A stretch of DNA of 64,000 nucleotides, taken from positions 1,170 to 65,169 of the forward strand of contig CAVYYU010000001.1 in the NCBI GenBank assembly GCA_963772805.1. The letters are read 5' to 3'. The number at the start of each line of letters is the position of its first letter. Position 1 is the first letter of the stretch. This document shows, piece after piece, positions 1 through 11,365 of this stretch. The stretch comes from an uncultured Gammaproteobacteria bacterium. Lineage in GTDB: Bacteria > Pseudomonadota > Gammaproteobacteria > Legionellales > Legionellaceae. The notes under the pieces were generated by a model. The model had not been told where the DNA came from and searched no databases. It saw nothing but the letters and a program-made list of their open reading frames with translations. The translations under genes and the position numbers were made by a program.

Positions 1-110
1 CCATCTGGCCCCACTAAGGCCGCTGCAATCGGCACCTCGCCTATCTCGGCGGCGACGTTAGCAATGGCGATGAGTTTTTGCATGGCGAATGTCATATATT
101 CTTCATGCAT
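1..110 (-). CDS. Partial CDS: N-terminus of a TadA/CMP-dCMP-type deaminase, continuing beyond the window start
   Basis: My translation of the minus strand from the ATG at 110-108 gives MHEEYMTFAMQKLIAIANVAAEIGEVPIAAALVGPDG. This resembles the N-terminal helix plus the GEVPvGAvlV strand of TadA-like deaminases. The catalytic HAE/PCxxC motifs would lie outside the window. Confidence 0.4.
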   Translation of the reverse strand, partial: MHEEYMTFAMQKLIAIANVAAEIGEVPIAAALVGPD

Positions 111-422
111 GGGTTTACGCAAAAATGCTATCCTTGAGATATGAAAATTGAAAAACGCCCCCCTGCCATTCCCCCGGTTGAACCGGTAGTGTCCATCCAG
201 CCGATGGATGCGCGCAACCCGGCACGCACGCCGCAGAAAACATTGGCATTCAAAGGCAAGCCCGCAACACAGGCGGGAACCGCAGTGCCCAAAGATGAAT
301 GGCTGCGGGGCACGGCAGAGCGGAATGCAAATACGGGTCTGTATGGCCCAGATGGAAAGATGCTAGGCTAGTATTGCCATCACCGCATCTAGCCTTGTTT
401 CTCAATCCATGTATCCTATACT

Positions 423-1617
423 GTGCGCATGGAATACACGCTTATATTCACGATTATATCCGGAATTGTTGTCGCGTTTATTTTTGGCATGGCGGCAAAA
501 ACCCTTAAATTGCCTGCTATTTTTGGGTATCTGCTTGCCGGGGTGGCGATTGGCCCCCATACGCCGGGCTTTGTGGCCGATGTTTCGCTGGCCAAGCAAC
601 TCGCTGAAATTGGAATTATCCTGCTGATGTTCGGTGTTGGTCTGCATTTTTCGTTGCGTGATTTGCTTGAGAGCCGAAAAGTAGCGTTACCTGGTGCTGT
701 TGTGCAAATGCTCGCGGCGACAGCGATTGGGGCGTTATTGGCAATGCAGCTTGGGCATGACATGGTTGCAGCCATTATCTTTGGGTTTGCGCTTTCGGTC
801 GCCAGCACGATTGTATTGATCCGCTCACTTGAGCAGCGACAGTTACTTGAAAGTGCGGGTGGTAAAATTGCCGTTAGCTGGCTCATCGTTGAAGATATCG
901 CCGATGGTGCTGGCCTTGGTGATGCTGCCGGTGCTGGCGGAAATGTTCGCTAGCAAGACGGCTATCTCGGCGAGTATGGTTGGCACCTTGCTGCTTACGG
1001 TCATCCTCAAAATAGGTGCATTTTTTGCATTCATGCTGATTGTCGGGCGGCGCGTGTTGCCATGGATTTTAATGCGTACTGCGGCCGTTAAATCCGATGA
1101 GTTGAACACGCTTGGCACACTTGCGATTGCTTTGGGCTTTGCACTCATTGCCTATGTCGTTTTCGATGCATCGCTGGCGCTTGGCGCATTCCTCGCGGGC
1201 GTGATGCTTAATGAAACGGAGATCGGTCGCCGCGCTGCCGATAGTTCGATTCAAATGCGCGATGCATTCTCGGTGCTATTTTTTGTCTCGGTGGGTATGT
1301 TATTCGACCCGCATACACTACTCGATCAGCCGATTGGCGTGCTGACGACATTTCTTATCATTGTGCTGGTTAAGGCAGCGGTGGCATTAGTGATCACTGG
1401 CTGGTTCAAGCAGCCGCGTGACGTTGTCTACCCGGTTGCGATTGGTCTTGCACAGATAGGCGAGTTCTCGTTCATTTTGGGCGGCCTTGCCTTGAGCAAA
1501 GGGCTTATCACACAGGACTTGTACAACCTAATTCTCGCTGGAGCGATGCTGTCGATCGTGGTGAATCCATTCCTGTTTCGTTTTTACGATCGCAGAGTGG
1601 CGCGCAGGAAAATTTAA
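423..1617 (+). pseudogene. CPA2-family monovalent cation:proton antiporter (YbaL/KefB-like membrane domain), split by a 1-nt frameshift near 900-904
   Basis: ORFs 423..953 and 829..1617 are consecutive parts of one polytopic protein (GYLLAGVAIGPHTPGF, then ...WLIVEDIA / MVLALVMLPVLAEMF...). The reading frame is restored by removing one base in gatatcgccgatggtg. Confidence 0.7.
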
Positions 1618-2549
1618 CCCAGCGTTGCCATCAGTTCGTCCCACTCGCGTTTGGTGAGGCCTGAAGTCTCCTGCGTTACCTTCTCACCTGCGATCATGCG
1701 TTTGACGACGGCGAGGCCCGTGCGCGAGAGGCGGCTGCCATGCAGGCGATGCTCCTGGAACGCATCGAACGCGAAGGGAACCCATTTCTCGACGACCTTG
1801 ATCATCGCATCGGCATAGACGCGGATCTCGTATTGCGCGTGGGGGTCGGCGCGCAGCATGAGGAAATGCATGAGGTTATGCAGGTCAATTTTCCAATACC
1901 ACTGGGTGTAGTAGTTCAGCGTCAGGTTCATGCGCGCCAGTTCGCGGGCGATGCCGGATTTGCTTTCATCAAGCACGGTGCCTTTTTCGTCGCAGTTCAT
2001 CAGCTCTTCGTAATGGCCATAAACCTGCTCGGAATCGCCCTTCAAAATCTCAAGCACGCGCTTGGATTCCTCGGCGCTCAGGGTGTCGCCACCGCGGCCC
2101 TGATGGTTCTTTTTCGATTGCGGCGCGAGTTGAGATGCATCCGGAATGTAGAATTCCTTGTCCATGATGGAGTAGCGCGCCGAATATTCGTTTACGTTCG
2201 CAGTGCGGTGGCGAATCCATTGCCGCGCCACAAAAATCGGTAGCTTCACATGGAATTTGATTTCGCACATTTCAAACGGCGTGGAGTGCCAGTGGCGCAT
2301 GAGGTAGTTGATGAGGCCTTTATCCTGGCTCACCTGCTTGGTGCCACGGCCATAGGATACGCGGGCGGCCTGCACGATCGCGGCGTCATCGCCCATGTAA
2401 TCGATCACCCGAATGAAGCCGTGATCGAGCACCGGGATGGTGTCGTATAAAATTGCCTCAAGGGCGGGCGAGGTCGCGCGTTTGGTGGTGAAGGTTTCAT
2501 CCATGGGTTGGTTGTCCATCGCGTCGTCCTTGATTGCGGTTACCGCCAT
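1614..2549 (-). CDS. thyX: Flavin-dependent thymidylate synthase ThyX
   Basis: The ThyX signature [15 protein letters not shown] (RHRxxSxxxxSxR) is present and the overall length is ThyX-like. An AAGGAG Shine-Dalgarno (plus-strand ctcctt at ~2558-2563) sits 8 nt upstream of the ATG at 2549, so the longer 339-aa ORF start is unlikely. Confidence 0.9.
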   Translation of the reverse strand: MAVTAIKDDAMDNQPMDETFTTKRATSPALEAILYDTIPVLDHGFIRVIDYMGDDAAIVQAARVSYGRGTKQVSQDKGLINYLMRHWHSTPFEMCEIKFHVKLPIFVARQWIRHRTANVNEYSARYSIMDKEFYIPDASQLAPQSKKNHQGRGGDTLSAEESKRVLEILKGDSEQVYGHYEELMNCDEKGTVLDESKSGIARELARMNLTLNYYTQWYWKIDLHNLMHFLMLRADPHAQYEIRVYADAMIKVVEKWVPFAFDAFQEHRLHGSRLSRTGLAVVKRMIAGEKVTQETSGLTKREWDELMATLG

Positions 2550-2761
2550 AGTCGTGCTCCTTATATTGAAGGGGGCATCGCCCCCTACGTCGCTGCGCTC
2601 CTTACCCCCTCCGAGCATTGCTCGGCTCGCCATGGAAGGCTACGCGGGCCTAAAACCAGCAGTTAAAATGCTACTATTTAATTAAAACCATGCTAGCGCA
2701 ATGGCAGGGCCACGCAAGCAGTGCGGTAGCCTTACCCACATGTGTGAGCAGTAGGGCAGGG

Positions 2762-4819
2762 TCAGACGTTGAGACGAATCACCTGAGGACGCTGGCCACC
2801 GTTATTTTGAACCAGCGCGGAGCCAGCGCCAGTTTGTAGCCCGCTAAAGGCGTTGGCATTGAAGGCCACCTGCCCGTTGCCGGCACGGCCTGTGGCCATT
2901 TGCAGCTGCTGCATGAGGAGCTGATTCTGCGCCATCAGGGCAGCGACGGTTTCATCGTTTGAAAGCCCAGGCTGAGGCGCATTGACGACGGCAGCGACTT
3001 GCGGTGCGGGTGTCGCGCGTGGGGCGGGCGCACTGGCCGCTGTCTGCGGTGCAGGGCTTTCACCCCAGAATATGTTGTAGATCGCGCGGCCAGCGACGGC
3101 CAGGCCGCCGACAGTTGCGCCGATGGCAGCGCCGGCGGGAACGGTTGCCGGGGCAAGCGGTCCACCAATTGCGCCCGCTGCAGCACCAATCGCTGCACCG
3201 CCACCGATGAGGCCTAAATCAATGCCAGAGCTGACCATGCCGTTACGGTCGCCATGGGCCGCAGCATTCACGAACTCACCGCCTGAAACAAGGCCGCCGA
3301 CAATCGGGGTGGCGCGGCTGAAGCCGATGCGTGCCATGGTGCCTGCAATAGCGGCGGTTTGTGTGCCATGGATTGCTGTACCTGCAACATCACCTTCATT
3401 GAAATTCGTGAGGGTTTGATTTGCAGTGTAAAGTGGCGCGAACGCATTCAGTCCACGCGATGCCCAGCGACCGAACGATCCAAAGAATCCTCCTGGTGAT
3501 GGGGTATTCGGAGTGATGGCACTTGCTACCCCGTTGACCGTACCTGTGACAGCACCGGACCCAGCATTGAATGTATGGGCAAGACCAGCCCCTAATGGGC
3601 GACCAAACGAAGTGACACGGCTAACGGCACGCTGCCAGCGTGAAGCGTCGGCAGGGAGTGTATGATTCGCATCGTCCGCCAAGTTACCCAGCGTGCGTGT
3701 GATACGGCTGGATGAATTCTGTGCATCGGCAATTGGATCAGCGGGTAAAGCAGCCAAGCGGTTTGCCGCTGTATTGCGCGCGTCCTCAGCGAGGTCGACT
3801 GCATTTTGCAGCGCGGCGCGGTCAAGCGGACGGCCACGCCAGTTCGTTGTTCGCGTGCCGTCGTCAAAGGCGTCAAGCCTTGCTTGGGCAGCGTTAAGTG
3901 TGCTGTTGGTAGAGCGCAGCGTCCGCTCAATTCCCGGGCGGTTACCTATGACCATCGTGCGGGCAAAGCCTTGCGCTGCGCCGCGATAGGTGAGGGCGGC
4001 ACCGCCAACTGCGAGACCAGTCGTCGTGAGGCCAGATATCGAGCGGTCCTGACCGAGTGAGCCTGGGACGCCTTGTAAGTTTGTCTGTTCAATTTGCCCG
4101 GCTTGCAGCGGGGTGGTTCCGTCGGGTCCCATGATAGGGGTGGGTGCTGCATCCTGGCCGTTGAAGGTAGAAACGGTACCGTCTTGCCCCACAATGAGGC
4201 TGCCATTCTCGACACCCAGATAGGGCGCCATGTTAACGCCATTGATGGTGGTCTGACGCAGGCGTGCTTCAACTGCAGGGCGCACCTCGTCAAGCGACGA
4301 AGCAACCGCATTGGTTTGCGCAATTTCTGAAGCACTACGAAGCCCTTTACCTTCTGTCCAATAATTTTCGGCATCAGCCCACGCTTGATCCCAGTTGACG
4401 CGCTCGCCTGTGAACCAGCCTTTGACAAGATTCCAGACCGCAATTCCACCCACGGCAACATAATTGAACGCGGACTGAATGCCGCCGACGGCCGTACCGA
4501 CCGCACCGGGGGCTTCAGTGCGTGTTTCTCTGGGCGCGAATTCTGACTCGGTCGCCATATACATCATGCCCTGATAAGCCGTTGCCATGGTCAAGGCTTG
4601 TTCGCGTGAGAGCACGGGCAAGGCGTTTAGCTCGTTGCTGATTGCGCCACCAGCATAGATTAGCCCGCGCACGGGGAGGGCTAGCGCATCAATATACTGA
4701 CCGGGCAAAGAGGTAACGATATTGGCACCACCAGCGATGAGATTGCCGATGGCATCGGCGGTTTGATAGCCTTTGAATAAACCACTATTGCGCGAAGCCT
4801 GCCGCGTTTGGACCGTCAA
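2762..4819 (-). CDS. Hypothetical 685-aa Gly/Ala-rich protein with a C-terminal glycine-zipper segment
   Basis: Long ORF with GxxxGxxxG runs (GLIGGGAAIGAAAGAIGGPLAPATVPAGAAIGATVGGLAVAG) encoded at ~3060-3230. I recognise no catalytic motif. Confidence 0.6.
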   Translation of the reverse strand: MTVQTRQASRNSGLFKGYQTADAIGNLIAGGANIVTSLPGQYIDALALPVRGLIYAGGAISNELNALPVLSREQALTMATAYQGMMYMATESEFAPRETRTEAPGAVGTAVGGIQSAFNYVAVGGIAVWNLVKGWFTGERVNWDQAWADAENYWTEGKGLRSASEIAQTNAVASSLDEVRPAVEARLRQTTINGVNMAPYLGVENGSLIVGQDGTVSTFNGQDAAPTPIMGPDGTTPLQAGQIEQTNLQGVPGSLGQDRSISGLTTTGLAVGGAALTYRGAAQGFARTMVIGNRPGIERTLRSTNSTLNAAQARLDAFDDGTRTTNWRGRPLDRAALQNAVDLAEDARNTAANRLAALPADPIADAQNSSSRITRTLGNLADDANHTLPADASRWQRAVSRVTSFGRPLGAGLAHTFNAGSGAVTGTVNGVASAITPNTPSPGGFFGSFGRWASRGLNAFAPLYTANQTLTNFNEGDVAGTAIHGTQTAAIAGTMARIGFSRATPIVGGLVSGGEFVNAAAHGDRNGMVSSGIDLGLIGGGAAIGAAAGAIGGPLAPATVPAGAAIGATVGGLAVAGRAIYNIFWGESPAPQTAASAPAPRATPAPQVAAVVNAPQPGLSNDETVAALMAQNQLLMQQLQMATGRAGNGQVAFNANAFSGLQTGAGSALVQNNGGQRPQVIRLNV

Positions 4820-5234
4820 GGAAGGCCCGCACAGCAGGGGAGGTCTCTTCGCTTAGGTAGCCTCCTTGTTCACGCATGGTATTGAAGAGTCGCTCGAGGG
4901 CACCGGGTGCGCGCAGCTCTTCAGGAATGTCGCTAATCGTACGTTGATAGTTCTCGAAGAATGCAGCTTGTGCCTCAATCCTGCTCTGCCAGTTCGTGGG
5001 TAGTAAGCTGAAAACATCCTCGGCGGAAGCGGTATCGAAACTATCGATGGAATAATCATGCAATGCTCCGCTCGCGTCGCGCAGGCGGATGATGCCATCG
5101 ACCACGGGTGGATTACCCTCGGGGGCGGATGCAGGTGCTGCAGAGGCACTTGCAGCAGGTGCGGGCGCTACAGGTGCTGCCGTTTCCTCTGCTGGGGGTT
5201 GGGGTGTTGCTTGCGGGTTATTGTTGCTGCTCAT
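4785..5234 (-). CDS. Hypothetical 149-aa protein with an Ala/Pro-rich N-terminus, directly upstream of and overlapping the 685-aa ORF
   Basis: ORF on the same strand with a 35-nt overlap with the downstream ORF, which suggests an operon. I recognise no motif. Confidence 0.5.
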   Translation of the reverse strand: MSSNNNPQATPQPPAEETAAPVAPAPAASASAAPASAPEGNPPVVDGIIRLRDASGALHDYSIDSFDTASAEDVFSLLPTNWQSRIEAQAAFFENYQRTISDIPEELRAPGALERLFNTMREQGGYLSEETSPAVRAFLDGPNAAGFAQ

Positions 5235-5379
5235 GGTATTTTCTCCTACTCACACCCTAGCAAAGAATTGTGACAGCATGATGACGGTGCGCGCAAATTT
5301 ATGTGACGGTTTGGTGACGAAAGTGCCGGTTGAACGCCGCCTTGCATTCGCTGCGGGGGTGCGCTATATTTAGAGCGTT

Positions 5380-5456
5380 ACGCAAGTAACTATGGTGATA
5401 AACGCGACGTGGAATAGTCGGATTGGACCCGGGGGCAGAGCCCGGCGGCTCCACCA
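5380..5456 (+). ncRNA. ssrA: tmRNA (ssrA) acceptor piece of a circularly permuted two-piece tmRNA. The 5' boundary is approximate; the 3' end is CCA at 5454-5456.
   Basis: The segment ccggg-ggcagag-cccgg-cggctcc-a-cca gives a 5-bp T stem, a 7-nt loop, a 7-nt acceptor 3' strand, discriminator A and encoded CCA. The acceptor 3' strand pairs perfectly with GGGGCCG at 5581-5587, including a G3:U70 wobble. Confidence 0.7.
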
Positions 5457-5580
5457 GGTGTTTGCGGGGTGGTAAATGGCAGTAAAAAGGCGAGGGCAGT
5501 AGCTCACGCGAGCCATCATTCCGCAAGGCGGCGTTTCATGGTGATTTTTAACAGAAATCACCGGAAGCAAAGCAAAGTCT

Positions 5581-5800
5581 GGGGCCGAATTAGCATCGAC
5601 AACCGCAATAAAGACATCGTCTTTGCCTGGGGTGATCTCCCATAATCGGGTCAATTTCTAAGTGCAAACGACAACGTAGCACTCGTTGCAGCTAACGACA
5701 ACAACGTCGTAGCAGCCCGTCTCGCGGCTTAGTGTCGCCTGACAGGTTCTAGCCTGTAAACGCAGCCCGAGGGGAGCTGGGCAACAGAATCCCCTCACCT
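5581..5800 (+). ncRNA. ssrA: tmRNA (ssrA) coding piece: 5' acceptor strand, tag reading frame 5664-5732 and terminal hairpin. The 3' boundary is approximate.
   Basis: It starts GGGGCCGAAUUAGCAUCGAC (compare the E. coli tmRNA 5' end GGGGCUGAUUCUGGAUUCGAC). The tag frame is GCA AAC GAC AAC ... GCG GCU UAG = ANDNVALVAANDNNVVAARLAA-stop. A hairpin gagggga/tcccctc lies at 5769-5796 and a T-rich tract at 5804-5812. Confidence 0.75.
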
Positions 5801-5850
5801 GAATTTTCTTTTAAGTGGCGCAACGCCTCAAACCGCGCTATAAGAGGCTC

Positions 5851-6378
5851 ATGACACACGACACCATTGATTATCCCGGCCTGATTGACGCAGCCATGCG
5901 TGGTGTGGTGCGCGAGGCGCTCGTGCATGTCGATAAGTTTGGGCTGCAAGGCGAGCATCACTTCTTCATTTCGTTCCAAACGAATTTCCCCGGTGTGAGC
6001 ATCAGCCCGCAGCTCAAGGCCCGTTACCCTGAGGAAATCACGATTGTGGTTCAGCATCAGTTCTGGGATTTGAAAATTTCGGATAAGCAATTTTCCATTA
6101 TGCTGTCGTTCAATAATATCCCCGAAAAACTGGTGGTACCGTTCGACGCGTTGACGGCATTTGCCGACCCTTCGATCAAGTTCGGTTTGCAGTTTCATGG
6201 CAAGCAATTTGCGGCCAACTCAGGCTCGGATGAGGCGGTTTCCTGCCCTGCCACTGGCCGCACGGCGCATGAAAAACCCTCCATGGCCGCGTTTGAAGAA
6301 GACGCACCCAGCCGTGCGGATGAAGCAGCGAATGACGAGAAGGTCATTAGCCTTGAGGCGTTCCGGAAACGTCCTTAA
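5851..6378 (+). CDS. sspB: Alpha-type SspB (ClpXP adaptor for ssrA-tagged substrates)
   Basis: The gene sits directly downstream of ssrA. It has an SspB-like fold sequence (HFFISFQTNFPGVSISPQLKARYPEEITIVVQHQFWDL), an acidic linker and a C-terminal LEAFRKRP tail resembling the ClpX-binding tail. I chose the start at MTHDTIDY. Confidence 0.7.
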   Translation: MTHDTIDYPGLIDAAMRGVVREALVHVDKFGLQGEHHFFISFQTNFPGVSISPQLKARYPEEITIVVQHQFWDLKISDKQFSIMLSFNNIPEKLVVPFDALTAFADPSIKFGLQFHGKQFAANSGSDEAVSCPATGRTAHEKPSMAAFEEDAPSRADEAANDEKVISLEAFRKRP

Positions 6379-6532
6379 CCCACTTATTCCAGATTTATTA
6401 ATTGCTTAATCAGGGTTTGGCCCACTTAGAGCCATGCCCGTTTATTTTTTGTGCGGCGCACAAATTATGCTGGACATGTTGCAGTGCAGCATGTATGCAG
6501 AATACACTATCAAGCCAAACAAAGGGCTGATT

Positions 6533-6775
6533 ATGAAATCGCTGGCTGCCGTGCTGTTATTTTTGTTAAGTGCTCATGCCGCACAGGCACAGCAGGCGAC
6601 GACGACCCCCCCAGTCCAGCAACAACAAGCCAGTGTTGATCCCTACATCGCTTCGATAACCCCGCAACAACCGGTGGCGCAGGAGCATCCCGCCCCTCAG
6701 CAACCCGCTCCTGAGGCACGCCCTTGGGAATATGGCCAATCGGTCATCACCGACATCCGTCAGATGAATTTTTAG
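6533..6775 (+). CDS. Small secreted Gln/Pro-rich protein (80 aa)
   Basis: Signal peptide MKSLAAVLLFLLSAHAAQA, followed by a low-complexity Q/P-rich sequence. Confidence 0.45.
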   Translation: MKSLAAVLLFLLSAHAAQAQQATTTPPVQQQQASVDPYIASITPQQPVAQEHPAPQQPAPEARPWEYGQSVITDIRQMNF

Positions 6776-6920
6776 ATAGCGTCGCTAATTCTACTATGCC
6801 CTGCTGCAAACATTAGGCTACTGCGCTTCCGCTACGCATGTACTTTAACGTACACTTGCGTTGCGGTTCTCGTAGCCTGCTGTTTTCGCAAGAAGCCTAG
6901 CGAATTATCGACACTATCTA
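6773..6920. repeat. ~148-bp imperfect palindromic (MITE/REP-like) intergenic element, copy 1
   Basis: Terminal inverted repeats tagatagcgtcgctaattc / gaattatcgacactatcta. The 50-nt core at 6822-6871 is shared (43/50) with 11266-11315. The element starts at the stop codon of the upstream ORF. Confidence 0.75.
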
Positions 6921-7050
6921 ACGCGCGCGAACTATTGTTTGAGGCGCTTAAGCATTTTCCACATGATTCTTAAGTATTGCAAACTATACACTTGCGCCTG
7001 TGATGTATGGCGCGCTAACGTTTTTGTCGACGTACAACTCCGCATAGTGA

Positions 7051-9256
<2,206 letters not shown>

Positions 9257-9260
<4 letters not shown>

Positions 9261-9370
9261 ACAATAGCATTCACGAGCTGCTGAAACGCCTGGGCGGCGG
9301 GCGACTGCGCGTGTACCGGTAGGGAAGCTGTTCTTGCCGATGGAGGTCAAAAGCGATGGAACTGCTTAAC
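9257..9370 (-). pseudogene. Diverged 3' fragment of an apbC/mrp-like gene (extent approximate)
   Basis: My minus-strand translation ends ...SLPVHAQSPAAQAFQQLVNAIV-stop. The intact ApbC C-terminus at 11353 reads ...IAMHTQSPAAQAFQQLVKAMIVV-stop. The stop codon overlaps the katG stop. Confidence 0.55.
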
Positions 9371-9414
9371 TTCGATGACCATGAGATTGTGTTTCTTCAA
9401 GTCGAGGCTTTGAA

Positions 9415-9846
9415 ATGAGCACGCGCACAGCCTCGCGCGTGAGCGGACTAAACCACATCACGCTAGCCGTAGCAGACGTACAGCGGTCTGTGACATTTTA
9501 CCGAGACCTGCTCGGTTGTTCGGTTCGGGCGTTGTGGAAGGATGGTGCCTACCTCGAGGTTGGTTCACTCTGGCTATGCCTATCACGCGACGATCTTGTA
9601 AGAACGTCGCCACATCCAGACTATACGCATTTCGCATTCAGCATCCCTGACGTGGAATTCGCCGAGATGAGTGAAAGATTGAAGGAAACTTGTGGCGCCT
9701 GGAAGGAAAACCGAAGCGAAGGGGCTTCGATTTACTTTCTGGACCCGGACGGACACAAACTTGAGATTCACCTTGGCGATATCGAGACGAGATTAGCCCA
9801 TTACCGAAGTGATCCATCGAAAGGCGTACAGGTTTTCGACGACTGA
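9415..9846 (+). CDS. fosA: FosA-family glutathione transferase (VOC/glyoxalase fold; predicted fosfomycin resistance)
   Basis: There is strong motif-by-motif resemblance to FosA: LNHITLAVADV..SVTFYRDLLG, GAYLEVGSLWLCLSR, DYTHFAF, WKENRSEGASIYFLDPDGHKLEIHLGD...RLA. Confidence 0.8.
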   Translation: MSTRTASRVSGLNHITLAVADVQRSVTFYRDLLGCSVRALWKDGAYLEVGSLWLCLSRDDLVRTSPHPDYTHFAFSIPDVEFAEMSERLKETCGAWKENRSEGASIYFLDPDGHKLEIHLGDIETRLAHYRSDPSKGVQVFDD

Positions 9847-9973
9847 TTGTGCAGCGAATTCCAGGGAGGTTGTTCTGAAAATACCAACGCAAGACTACGG
9901 CATTAAACGCGAGCGCTCGAGGCTCTTTGCCCGATTAATCCTCGCCTTGTCTTCACACAGCGTAGCGGGGCAA

Positions 9974-11014
9974 ATGAGATATCAAATGGCCTTGGCTCGA
10001 TACATTTTGAGCCTCCTGCTTGTGGCGGCCGGTGCCGGGATGACCGGGGCATTTTTCCCGCAACCTGCCACATCCGCGGAGGTAACTAGCGCGCCTGTGC
10101 TAAGCGGTGGCAAGTTTGTCCGGCCCGGGCCCTGGGTACCACCAGCCGGGCTTATCCAGACCCCGCTCTGGCCGGACCAGGCACCTGATATGCAGAACGT
10201 GGACTTTCAGCCCGAAACTGTGCTCGTGAACCCAACCCCGAAAGCCCTGTTTGGCAGCATCTCCGAGGCTGCACTCGATGTGTCTGTGCCAACCATCACG
10301 GTCATAGCCGCGCGCGGCAAGCCGAACGGCGCGGCGATCCTTGTCTTCCCCGGCGGTGGCTTTAAGGCGGTCGTCCTTACTTTGCAAGGAACTGAGATCT
10401 GCGACTGGGTCAGCGCACAGGGTATCGCCTGCATTCTAGTGAAGTATCGCGTCCCCAGAACTGGACACCACTACGATGCGTCATGTGACTGCGGGGTCGA
10501 GCCCGACAGGCCACGCGCCTTGCAGGATGCCCAGCGTGCCATCCGATTGGTCAGATCGCGCGCGGAGGAACTGGGCATTGATCGAGACCGCATCGGCGTT
10601 ATGGGCTTTTCCGCCGGTGGCTATCTGGCGGTGCAGACGAGCAATATCTTCGCGCCGGCCTACATGCCTGTCGATGACATCGATACCATCAGCAGCCGGC
10701 CGGACTTCGCGATTGCCTTCTATCCTGGCCACCTGTGCCGGCCCGGAGAGATCCTCCCTGCCAACCTTGAGGTCACATCGAGGACACCTCCCACCTTCCT
10801 GATTGCAGCCTGGGACGACGATGTGAACCCAATCTGCAACAGTACACTATATGCCCGAGCACTCGACGCGGCAGGTGTCCCGGCAGAGGTACATTTCTTT
10901 GCCTCCGGTGGTCATGCCTTCGCGCGGCGGACGCCCGAGGCGCGTCATGCGATCTGGCCCGAATTGGTCAAGGGTTGGCTCACCGAGCGCCAGATAATCG
11001 GGCAGAAGCCGTGA
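9974..11014 (+). CDS. Secreted alpha/beta hydrolase (Aes/HSL-like esterase)
   Basis: Signal-like N-terminus MRYQMALARYILSLLLVAAGAG, oxyanion-hole motif FPGGGF, nucleophile elbow GFSAGG and C-terminal GGHAF. The start is taken at the ATG at 9974. Confidence 0.75.
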   Translation: MRYQMALARYILSLLLVAAGAGMTGAFFPQPATSAEVTSAPVLSGGKFVRPGPWVPPAGLIQTPLWPDQAPDMQNVDFQPETVLVNPTPKALFGSISEAALDVSVPTITVIAARGKPNGAAILVFPGGGFKAVVLTLQGTEICDWVSAQGIACILVKYRVPRTGHHYDASCDCGVEPDRPRALQDAQRAIRLVRSRAEELGIDRDRIGVMGFSAGGYLAVQTSNIFAPAYMPVDDIDTISSRPDFAIAFYPGHLCRPGEILPANLEVTSRTPPTFLIAAWDDDVNPICNSTLYARALDAAGVPAEVHFFASGGHAFARRTPEARHAIWPELVKGWLTERQIIGQKP

Positions 11015-11212
<198 letters not shown>

Positions 11213-11215
<3 letters not shown>

Positions 11216-11365
11216 ATATAGTCATTTGAATTTAGTGTGATACTCGGCTGCAACCCTCACGTTTTTGCGCTTCCGCTGCGCATGCACTCAAACGTGCACT
11301 TGCGCGGCGGTTCTCAAAACGCGAGCGGTTTCGCTGTCGTCTCACACTAAATTCAAACAACTATC
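11213..11365. repeat. ~150-bp imperfect palindromic (MITE/REP-like) element, copy 2
   Basis: Arms tcatttgaatttagtgtga / tcacactaaattcaaaca. The core at 11266-11315 is homologous to 6822-6871. The element lies between the katG-fragment stop and the apbC stop. Confidence 0.75.

Noticed and set aside
128-420. Overlapping ORFs 141..371 (+), 128..313 (-) and 299..508 (+) in the region between the deaminase and the antiporter gene
   Set aside because: They overlap one another in GC-rich DNA, have low-complexity Pro/Ala/Arg-rich translations, and show no RBS or motif. They are most likely chance ORFs in an intergenic or promoter region. I also looked for riboswitch-like conserved boxes there and could not recognise any.
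6773-6920. Integron attC (59-be) interpretation of the palindromic elements. The ends resemble GTTAGAT / ATCTAAC core sites, an internal cgcttcgc recalls aadA-type attC, and the fosA-like gene is cassette-sized.
   Set aside because: The order of the core-like sites is inverted relative to genuine attC, which has RYYYAAC on the left and GTTRRRY on the right. No intI, attI or Pc is present. The fosA insertion is bracketed by a 133-bp repeat of katG rather than by attC sites.
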